DNA from: Blastocladiella emersonii ATCC 22665
Lineage: Eukaryota > Fungi > Blastocladiomycota
DNA length: 64,000 bases
NCBI GenBank assembly: GCA_025594325.1
Contig: JANHCV010000001.1
Coordinates: forward strand, 4,030,001-4,094,000
Direction: 5' to 3'
Position 1 is the first letter of the stretch; each line of letters starts with the position of its first letter. The notes under the pieces are model-generated. The model did no database searches and was not told the DNA's origin. It saw only the letters and a list, made by a program, of their open reading frames with translations. Positions 11,832 through 21,928 of this stretch are shown one piece after another. The position numbers and the translations under genes were made by a program.

Positions 11832-14608
11832 ATGAACCATGCAGCGAATGGACTGGCAGCAACAGCGGCAACAAACTCTTCCGCGGCCTCGGCCGTGATC
11901 CCGGCAGGGCGGGACTACGGCTTCCCGTTCCCGCCGTACTCGATCCAGGTCGGCCTCATGGACACGCTGTACCGCGTCCTCGACCAGCGCGGCGTCGGCC
12001 TTCTCGAGAGCCCGACGGGCACGGGCAAGTCGCTCTCGCTCATCTGTGGCAGCTTCACCTGGCTTCGCGACAACTTGGACAATTCGGACGTCTTGGTCAA
12101 CGTCAACGAGACAATCTTGCTTGGCTCGGAACCTGCAGCAGTGGCACATGTAGCGACAGAGAGCACGTCTTTGTCAAACGAGCCGGCTTGGATCCGCGAG
12201 CGCGCCGCGAAACTGGTCCGCGACCGCAAGCTGGAGCAGGTCCGGCAGTACCGCGCCGCGGTCCAGGCTCGGATCAACAAGGTGAGGGCCTCGTCGCGTG
12301 CGTCACGTCACAATGACGGTAGCGAGGACGGCGCGGCACCGAAACGTCGAAGGGGTGCCGCCGCCAAGAAACCGAGCGCGAGCGACGTTGACGACGACGA
12401 ACTCGTCATCGACTACGACTCGGACACGGACACGTCCACTACAGCGACAGCCACCATCGACGGGCTCCAGCTCACGGGCAAGGCGGCCGAACTCACCGCC
12501 GCGCTCGCCAAAATGCGCGGCGCGGACGAGGCCGAGGACCCAGACGCCGATATGAAGCCGCCCGACCTCCGCATGCCGCAAATTCTCTACGTGTCGCGCA
12601 CCCACTCGCAGATCAGCCAGTTTGTGCGCGAGTTCCGCGGCACCAAACACGCGGCCGATTTCCCCGTCATCTCGCTCGCGTCGCGCAAGAACTTGTGTAT
12701 CAACGACACGGTGCTCAAGGCCTCGCGCGGGTCGGCGTCGCGCATCAACGACATGTGCCTTGACCTGCAGAAACAGGCGGCGGGGACGAAGGGTGACGCC
12801 AAGGCCAAGGCCAGCAAGGGCTGTCCGCACCTCGAAAAGGGCATGACGTCCGCGTTCCGCGACCACGCGCTGGCTGAGGTGCACGACATCGAGGACTTGG
12901 CTTCGCTCGGCCGCCGGCTCAACGCGTGTCCTTACTACGGCGCGCGAGCTGCAGTCGACGCCGCTTCACTCGTCGCGATGCCCTACACTGCTCTCATCTC
13001 GAGCGACACGCGGTCCTCTCTCGGCGTACGCGTCCGCGGCAACGTGGTCGTGGTGGACGAGGCGCACAACCTCGCCGACGCCATTAACCAGGCGCACTCG
13101 GCCGAGGTCGACGGTGCGCAGATTGAGCGCGGGTACAACCAGCTCGCGCGGTACCTTGCCAAGTACCGCAACCGGCTCAAGCCCGGCAACCGCGTGTATG
13201 TCCAGCAGCTCATGGCCGTGCTCGCGGCCGTGCACGGGTTCCTCAAGAAGCGCGCTGCGCCGCCGGCGGGCACGGCCAAGACCTCCGAGCTCATGCACGT
13301 CGACGCCTTCATTTTCGCGCTCGAGGTCGACCACATCAACCTGTTCAAGCTCGCCACCTTCTTACGCGACAGCCAGCTCCCGCGCAAGCTGCTCGGCTTC
13401 GTCGAAAAGTACGAGGCGCCGCCCGCCGGTACTGCGACGAGCGACACCATGGCGGCCGACACCATGTCGCGGCACATCTCGCCGCTGGCCGTGTTTGAGC
13501 GGCTGCTCACGAAGCTCATCGCGCCCGACGCGGACGGCCGCGTGCTCTACCTCGCTCCCGCGGGCTCTGGTCCGCCGACGCTCAAGTACCTCGCGCTCAA
13601 TCCGGCGGGCCACTTTGCCGACATTGTGCGCGACGCGCACGCGCTCGTCTTCGCTGGCGGTACCATGCAGCCCGTGTCCGACTTTACCGACTTTTTGATA
13701 CCGGACACGTTCGGGAAGCCGCTTGAAATGTACTCGTGCGGGCACGTCATCCCGCGCGAGAATCTCGCGGCGCTCGTCGTGCCGCGCAGTCCCGCCGGCC
13801 GTACGATCCGGTTCACGCTCGAGGGACGGAAGGATCCGCAGCTGGTACGCTCTACTTGGCCTCGCATTGCGACATGTGCGTGCTAACCGCGCCTTGCGTA
13901 GTTGCCGGACGTGTGCCAGACGATCTGCAACCTCGTCAACGTAGTGCCGCGCGGCATGGTCGTATTCCTGCCCTCGTTCCAGCTGCTCGACGACATGACC
14001 AAGGCGTTCCGCGAGGAGGGCTACGCGGCTCGAATCGAGCGCAAGAAACGCGTACGGTTCATTTCCGCGCTCACCGCGATCCGATCTCACCCTCGAGCAT
14101 CACGTAGATCTTCACCGAGCCGCGCGAGGCCGTCGACCTCGAACGCGTCCTGCGCGAGTACGCGCAGCACATCGACGAGTCGCCGACGAGCGGCGCGCTG
14201 CTCCTGTCCGTGGTCGGCGGCAAAATGTCCGAGGGCATCAACTTCAGCGGCCCACTCGCGCGGTGCGTGGTCATGGTCGGCATCCCGTACCCGAACCTCG
14301 GCTCGGCCGAGCTGGAGGAGAAGCTCAAGTACATTGACGGGCTGCGGGCTGGTGCGTCCAAGGAGTTCTACGAAAACCTCGCGATGCGCGCCGTCAACCA
14401 GTCGATTGGCCGCGCGATTCGCAACCGCATGGACTACGCGGCAGTGGTCCTTGTCGACGTCCGGTACGAGGGCGCGGCGGTGCGCCGCAAGCTGCCCGCG
14501 TGGATCGCCGAGACCATGGCGCCGCCTGACCCGGGGCGGCCGTTTAGCCACGCGGTGCAGACGATTGCGCGGTTCTTCAAGATCCCACGAGATGGTGAGC
14601 AAAACTGA
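11832..14608 (+). CDS. CHL1: Chl1/DDX11 Fe-S XPD-family DNA helicase
   Basis: Q motif FPFPPYSIQ, Walker A ESPTGTGKS, SRTHSQISQF, Fe-S cysteines (SRKNLCIN, DMC, CPH), CPYY, VDEAHNL, GGTMQP, VGGKMSEGINF, VNQSIGRAIR. Introns 13845-13901 and 14052-14107. Confidence 0.95.
14538..14607 (+). repeat. Left copy of ~70-bp direct repeat (the functional CHL1 3' end)
   Basis: 62/70 identical to 21815-21882 by manual alignment (6 substitutions, 2 gaps). Confidence 0.85.
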
Positions 14609-17049
14609 TGGATATTTGTCGAATGATTAAAGGTGGCAGTGTAACACGTCGTTTTGAGGCAAACGCCCTCGAGCGCAGCCGTCCGCCAGCGCGCGCGCCG
14701 CTTTAGGATCATGCGCGCGAGCTGAGCGTGTGAGGTATTCCTCGACGCGGGCTGAGCGTGCAAGGTGTTCCTCTACGACTAGAGTTCGAGCTCGAAAGGT
14801 TGCGGGCAGTGAACGGCGGCGGGAGCACCAGGGCGAGTGCGGAAAGTGGCTCGCTCGGCTTGGGGTCACGCCGACGTGAACGACGCGACCCTGCTGCAGG
14901 CGCACGTGACCCCGGCTTAGCCGCTTGAATTTGAGATGCACCCGAATATTTTTTTTCTGAGCATTGGATCGTCATCAGGGACCCTCAGGGACCCCGGAAA
15001 TGTAAAAATCGCCGAGTCGGCATGTCGGGGTGTCGAGAAGTCGTCCGACCGTGCAAAGTTGAAAAAAACTTTCGGGTTTGGTCGTTTGGACGAACTCGGC
15101 CCGAAACGGCACTTGGGACTTGGCTTCTTGAATTGGACTATCCCTTCGATCGGGCTGATTTTGCGCACATGTACTCAGTATGTGCTAGGAGCATTATTCG
15201 CGGTGGTCTGAGAATTTCTGAGATTTATATGCACTGGGTAGACCGGTGCTCAAAGTTAAATACGCGTAAGAATTCGGCATGGTGTGGGCCACGCCGCTTT
15301 TGGGCTTCACTTCCCGGAACGCCTCACCCCACCTACATCGCACCACCACCCACACCACCACCATGACTATGCCTTGAACAGCGCAACGCTGACTAGCTAC
15401 AGATACCATTCCCCGTAATATACAGCGTTCGGTCTTCTGCCGGCCATCAGCAGTCAGTTGCTCGCCATGAGCGAACGAGCGAGCGTTGCTGGACGCCTCG
15501 TGCAACCCGTCCCGTTGATCTCGGGCCTGATGTGCAACACGCAGGCGCTGGAGCTCCGGTAAAGGACGGAACACGCGCGAACAGTGATCAGGGTCGGGAT
15601 GAACGGGCCGTCTCGCACTTGGCACGTGCGCGAAAGAAACGCGTCGACCCGCAACACGTCGTGCTCCGAGTCCGCCCGCCCGCCCGTGCCCGCACACACT
15701 CGCGCCCGATCCGATATCGCAGGTCGGCCCCATCGCGCGACGCGCGCGTCGCCCGGGCGCGTTGCTGCGCCACCATGGCCATGATCGCACGTCGTGTTCG
15801 CGCGCGCGTTGCAGAACAGTGCTTGCGCGGGCAAAAATCTCCCACGCGTTTGGGCGATCCGCTCGCAGCACAGTCACAGCGTGCGCACGCAACCCCGGGA
15901 GTCCCCGACGGGGTCCAAAGAAAGCGACGCGGCAACTGACCGACCTGGGGCCGGGCCAACGCGTGAGTCGACCACCGTGGCGAGGCTATGGCCGTCGTCG
16001 CCCGCCACACCGCACCAAGGTCGGAATCGACGACAAGGCATGATTGAGAGAGATGGGTTGCGGTCCGTTCTGCGCAACCTTTCGCCCTCGGGACTCGGGA
16101 CAACGATATACATGGACCAATGTGATTTTGTGATCATGGACTTGGAGCAATGGATTCGCGTGATTGAGTGAGCGAGGAGCGATTCCCGACAAGATCTGCG
16201 CCGTTAGTGCATGTGGGTAGCCCTCGAGGACGACGCGTGGCCGCTCGCGCCGACCTGACCTACCGCGACGGCGCTGATCCTCGGCTCTCGGCCACGACCA
16301 CGACGCGTGCTCACTTGGTGCAACCTCGCGCCCTGGCGCGTCGGCGTGGCGGGCCGGCCTGATCAGCGGGCGTACGTCTTCCCTCGGGTTTCCGCGGCGA
16401 TCCGACGCACCGGCCCGAGAAGCGGCCGGATCGCCAACCAGCACGACCGTTTCCTCCTTCACACGGCGCGGTCCGGAGTTGGTCGCGGTGAGTGAAAACA
16501 CCGCGGCGACGATGCGATCCACGGCCGGCCGGTCCACCACGACCATGGCCATGGCCGCGGCCACGGTGATCGGCCTCGACGCGTTGCGGCGCTCACACGG
16601 CGGCGCCCGGCCCGTCCGTTGTTCGCCATCTCGCGCGCACTCTGTGATCCGCGTGCACGTGCAGGCTGTCCCCCGAGGTCATGTGCTTCGCTGCACGACG
16701 GATTAATCGCAGCAAAACATCACGATCACGGTCGCAGGGGGGAAGGGAGACACTGTTTCCCGCCGCTTGCGGCTTGAACTGTATCCCAAACCGCTCGCCC
16801 ACCATTTTTTTCACGACAACAAGGCAACTGACAGGAACATGTACCACGGGGCTGCTGGCCACTCGGCCGGCCGGGGTGCGCTGGGTGCAGGCCGGCCGGC
16901 TGTCCCCTCCCGCCCGCCCGCTCGCTCGCTGCCCCCGCGGACCCTCCGCGGCTCCTTCTCCTCGGCCGCCCCGACACCCCCAAACTGCTCCCTGTTCGAG
17001 CATAAGGATCGGATCATACTACGTATCAACAAACGCATCACCTGTCAAC

Positions 17050-20000
17050 ATGTGGAGCTCGATCTCCGCAGTGTGGACCGGTGTCAAGTCGCTCCTCGGC
17101 TTCTCGCTCCGCCCCGTCGCGGTCGAGGAGGCCGCCGCCGCCGAGACTTCGGTCGAGGCCGTGGCCGTGGCCGTCGCCGAGGAGCAGCAGCAGCAGACGT
17201 ACGTTTCTCGCTTCTCGACGCCGACCCGCCCGCCCGATCCGATCCGATCACGTATAGACACGCCTTGCCCTGCTCCACCCCCACCTCTACTCTGCTCGTC
17301 CGCCCGATCATGGTGCACGGCCGCGCCGCGCTACGGCGCCCCTCCGTGCCGTCGCGCCGCCGAAGCACGGGCGGAATGCGGCGGCCGGCGGCCGGCGGCC
17401 GGCACCGCCCGATCGATATTCGGGCGGGCGCGAGCCATTGTTCGCGGCGCGCCACCCGCGCGGTGCGGCGCGACGCGTCCGCTGTGATCGCGTCGGTTAT
17501 TATTCATTATCACCTCGCCGTGTCCGCCCTCCCCTCTCCGATCCCACCGCTCCTCCGCATGAATCGCATGGCGACTGACACTTGCCGCAACGCCGACGTC
17601 ATCCAGGGCTGCTGCCGAGTGCGCCGTTGAGGGCGCGTGCGGCGACCGCGAGGTCGCCGCGGTCGAGGGTGTCGCCGCCGGCGCCGAGGTTGCGCGCGGC
17701 GAGACCATCATCTCGGTCGAGGCCATCATGCACGGAAAGGGGCCCGTGCAGGCCGCGAGTACCGAGAGCGCCACCGAGGGCGCGTGTGGCGGTGAGTCGA
17801 TTGCCGCCGTCGCGGACGTGGTCAAGGAGACGATCCCCGCCAAGGTCGTCGTCCTCGCCAAGCCCGTCGGCTCCGAGCTCCTCGTCGAGAGCTCGGCCGA
17901 CGAGTCCGAGATCCAGGGCGCCACCGAGGGCGCGAGTGCTGCAGCGGCCGTCGTTGAGGCGGGCGAGGTCGCGTGCATCAACGTGGCCGTCGCCGAGGCG
18001 GACGAGGTCGCGTGCAGCAGCGTGGCCGCCGCCGAGTCCATTGCGGAGGGCTCGGCCGGCGTGCCCGTGGTCGAGCGCGCCGTTGAGGGCGCGCGTGTCG
18101 ACGCCGCGGTCGCCGCCAAGGTCGTCGGCAAGAAGTCGTGCGTCACGGCGGCCGTCACCACCGAGGGCATGAGCGACGACGACCGCAAGGTCGGCGCCAT
18201 CATCGTCAAGGCCCCGGCCGGCGAGACCGGCACCGAGGCCGCCATCGTGGGCTCGGGCGACACGGTCGTCGTTGCCGAGGCCGTGTGCAAGGAGGTCGAC
18301 GCCGCCAAGGTCTCCCTCGCCGAGCCTGTCGATCGCGAGGCCGCCGCCACGGGCTGCTCGATCGACGACGGGTCCGCGTACCAGCGCACCAAGGGCGCGT
18401 GCGACGCCGACGGCGACACGGTCATCTCCATGGTCGCCGCGGCCGAGGAGAAGGAGGAGCTGCAGACCACGACCCGCACCACCACGACCCGCGTCACCGC
18501 GTGCCCGGTCAGCAGCAGCAGCAGCAGCAAGGCCGACGGCGAGATCCTCGCCAAGACGTCGGTCAACAAGGCCGCCGCTGAGGCCGCCGCTGAGGCCGCC
18601 GCTGAGGCCGCCGCTGAGGCCGCCGCTGAGGCCGCCGCTGAGGCCGCCGCTGAGGCCGCCATCAAGGAGTCGTCGTGCGGCGCGAGCACGGCTGCGTTCA
18701 CCGAGTGCGACGCCAACAACTACACGTACGGTACGGCCTCGTACGCCGCGACCACCGGCGTCATCAAGGGCACGAGCGGCAACGACAAGATCGTCAAGGT
18801 GCTGCCCGACGAGACCGTTGCGGGCGGGTGCACGACCGCACGCTCGGGCACCGAGCTCGTCATCACCAAGGGCGCGAGCGCCGCTGCCGCGGCTGCCGGC
18901 GAGAGCGAGCCGGTCGTCCTCGTCAAGTCCATCATCGTGCCCGCCGCGCACATGGCGCCGCACGCCGTCATGGAGCCGACGGCTGCCGAGAACACGATCA
19001 AGGAGAACCAAGACCAGCAGGAGCAGGCCGAGAAGGCCACCACCACCACCTTCTGCACCGTCGCCGACGCCGCCGCTCGCGACTCGGGTATCCTCGCTCC
19101 GACACCCGCCAGCTCGATGACGGTCGAGCGCGCCACCTGCACGGCGCAGCAGCAGCAGCAGCCGGGCGGGTCCTCGAGGCCGTTTGCGGGACCGTCGCGA
19201 CGACCGCGGGTCCCGCGACCGATTCCGTCGCCGAGCAGCTCGAGCTGTTCCCGAACGACGCCATGGAGCGCATCATCGACGCTGGTGTCGCCGCCCGTAC
19301 CGGCCCATCCAGTGGCGGCATCGCCAATGCCGGCGTCGACATGGTCCAGCTCGTCGTGCCGACGCGCCAGGTGATCCACGAGCCCAAGGAACGCGGGTCC
19401 ACCACAGCCGCCACCGACGCCGCCGCGGCCGTGGAGCTCCTGCGACGGTCTACGGACCAGCGCGAGGCCGCGAGGTACGCTTTCGAGCTATCGTGTCCCG
19501 ATGCGCGATCTCCCAACACTAACGCTGGCGCGATTCGTAGAAGTCTCGAGGCCGCCAACAACATTGCCGTCGCGACCGCCTCGGCCATGGTCGCCGCGCC
19601 GTCGCCGGCCTCCAGCGACTCGGCGCCCAGCAGCGTGCACGGCAAGCTGATCGACACGAGCGCGGCTCCCGCCGCCGCCGCCGTCAAGTTCGAGCGCACC
19701 GAGATGAGCGGCCAACCCGTCGCTTCCGCCAAAAGGCACGTATCCCTCTCTCTCTCTCGGCGGTTTGCTCCAACGGCAGTCACGCTAACCAAACCTCGAA
19801 CCCTGTGTGTAGTAGCGTCAAGCGCGTCGAGGCGGCGCAGGCCGAGTCGGACATCGGCACGCACGGCGGCGGCCACGTCGTCGGCAAGGTCGGCAAGCTC
19901 GAGCACGTCGCCGCGTCTAGCGGTGCCGCGCAGCCGCACTGCGAGATCAAGGCGCAGGGCGCCAAGCCGGCGGGCATCACGCGCCACCAGCCCGACGACG

Positions 20001-21439
20001 GCGCCGTGGCCGCCGCCGCCCCTACGCCGGGCGCAGGCGCTGCGGGTGTAGGGCGGTCGCTGGCCGCCGACCCGTCGACGTCGTCGTCGTCGTCGCAGCC
20101 TGGTCTCGGCGGCAAGCACGGCCGCAAGGAGAAGAAGAAGAAGCGGTGGCCGAAAATGCCGTGGTCGAAGAGCCGCAGCGGCGCGTCTCGGGTCCACGAC
20201 GACTCGACCACCGCCCGTCGCGCCTCGGCGTCGCCCTCGCCGACCTCCTCTACCTCATCCTCCTCGGCCGCGACTGGTCTCGCGGCGCGTGCGCGTCGCG
20301 CTGCGGCCAAGGTCCTCGTCGGCATCACGCACCTTTCGCGCACCTCGCGCTCTTCTCGCAGCCACGGCAACGGACCGACCGGCACCGAGGAGGACCACGC
20401 TCGTTCGTCTGGCCCGTGCCTCGAGAGCGACGCGCCTGCGCCTGCGCCTGCGCCTGCGCCTGCGCCTGCGCCTGCGCCTGCGCCTGAGCTGCCGCAGCTC
20501 CTCGCGGACCTCGTCAACGGCAGCGACAAGGGTACCATCACCCTCACGTCGGTCCTCGACCTCATGGACGAGCTCGGCGATCATCTGGCTCACGCAGCCA
20601 CCACGCTTCCTGCTCGGGTCGGCTTCGCGCCGCTGGGCATCAAGGCGCAGCAGGAGATCCAGGGCGGCGGCATCGGGCCCGGCCGCGCCGTCCAGCACCG
20701 CGATCCGGGGTGGTACATTGAGCTTCTGCGGTTCCTCGCCAAGTACATCCCGAACACGCTCGTCGACCTGCTCGGCGTCTCCATTCGCGGCCTCTCGGCG
20801 CCCCTCATGACCGAGGCCCACGCGATCGCCCTCGGCAACGTCATGGAGAAGCACCGCGAGGCGATGGAACTTCACGCCCGTGCCCTCAGCGACGAGCTGT
20901 GCCGCCCCGACGTGCCCGAGGCGCAAGTCCCGGCCCACTTCCCGCTCGACAGCACCAACGCTCGGCTGCGCATGCCGGCGCACATCGAGGCGCTCGACGA
21001 CGAGCTCGACTGCGCGCTCCGGAAGTGCATGTCGCCGCAGACCATCGACGATCTCGGCGACTACATGTGGTACATGCACCAACTCGCGGTGTACCTGGCC
21101 ACGTACGTGCCGGGCCTCGACTCGCGCACTCCTGGGGGTATTTCGCGTGCTCTCAGGGTCGTGGCCGCGATCTCGGCCCTGCAGATGACTCGGGTCGATC
21201 CGTTCGCTGCAGTCAAGATGGACGGCGGCATCGTGGATTGCCATCTTCTCCCCGAGAGCGCCCAGTCCTGTCTTTTGTTCGCGCTGGTCCTCCTGGGCCA
21301 CTGCGAGCGCACCATGGCCGTGCCGAACCGCGATCCCGCGGCGGCCACGGATTTCTTCTCTTTTGCCAACATGATTCCCGCCATGGGCGGCGGTGCGGCC
21401 GTGCTTGGACCCTCTGCGACGTGCCCGTTCGATTGGTGA
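17050..21439 (+). CDS. Orphan multi-exon protein (~1260 aa): amphipathic N-terminus, Ala/Glu/Val-rich degenerate repeats, Lys-rich NLS-like patch, ~300-aa helical C-terminal domain; copy A
   Basis: Model: exons 17050-17198, 17607-19087, 19150-19474, 19541-19735, 19813-21439 (3777 nt, all phases compatible). Codon usage is host-like. Intron 19088-19149 is weakly supported and could instead be a frameshift; intron 19736-19812 needs a GC donor. Confidence 0.6.
18571..18654 (+). repeat. Coding 12-bp tandem repeat (GCCGCCGCTGAG)x7, encoding AAAE
   Basis: Counted directly: 7 units in A, 7 in B (50184-50267), 4 in C (58609-58656). Confidence 0.95.
20432..20485 (+). repeat. Coding hexamer repeat (GCGCCT)x9, encoding AP
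   Basis: 9 units in A, 11 in B (52045-52110), 13 in C (56754-56831); the last-exon ORFs are 544, 548 and 552 aa. Confidence 0.95.
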
Positions 21440-21814
21440 TGGATGGGCCTCGGCTGCTGCTCATGGCAGTCTCAGCTCGCGCGCGCGCGCTACTCTTTCT
21501 GCAGCATCGGCTCGTGGCGGCGAGCCGCCGCCGTTGTCAGCGGCTGCGCGCGCGCAGTTCTTTGTGTGTGTGTGTTTAGTTCTTGTCATTGTCAATAGCA
21601 TGTTCAGTACGATCAAAGCCTCTCGTCAATGATTCAGATCCGGCGTTTGCCTCGTGCATCGATGTGCATCAATGACGGAAGCTGAAGAGCAACTGAGAGA
21701 AGGACGGCCGCCGGCCATGGACGCGTCCGAGCCCCTCGGCCGCCGGCCGCGGACGTGCTGCGATAGCATGTGACGAATGTACGTACCATCGCGCGTTCCT
21801 TATGTAGGCCTGTT

Positions 21815-21882
21815 GGCCGTTCGGCCACGCGGGAGACGATTGCGCGGTTCGTCAGGATCCCGCGAGCTGGTGAGCAAAACTG
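21815..21882 (+). pseudogene. Decayed copy of the CHL1 3' end (right direct repeat)
   Basis: Translates TIARFVRIPRAGEQNW versus CHL1 TIARFFKIPRDGEQN*. The stop is lost (TGA to TGG) and there is a 2-nt deletion. Confidence 0.85.
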
Positions 21883-21928
21883 GTACATTTTGATGATGGA
21901 GCAAACCGTGCGGGGCGAGAAAGTGGGA

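Larger units (their letters stand above)
14761..21703 (+). repeat. ~6.9-kb multicopy unit, copy A (possible non-autonomous mobile or amplified element)
   Basis: Near-identical to 46374-53328 (offset 31613, then 31625) and to 55536-62466 in reverse complement. ORF tracks in all six frames recur. Confidence 0.95.

Noticed and set aside
14761-17049. Many short ORFs in the unit's leader as a possible transposase or second gene
   Set aside because: No DDE, YR, RT or Rep motifs and no coding-like codon bias. Their recurrence in three copies only reflects recent identity.
18571-18654. CRISPR-like array
   Set aside because: These are perfect head-to-tail repeats without spacers, in frame within a eukaryotic CDS.
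17331-19011. Long antisense and alternative-frame ORFs over the orphan gene, dynein (26811-30500) and SPT16 (39026-41425)
   Set aside because: These are shadow ORFs expected from high GC3 codon bias; they are Arg/Gly/Leu/Val-rich mirror translations with no domain signal.
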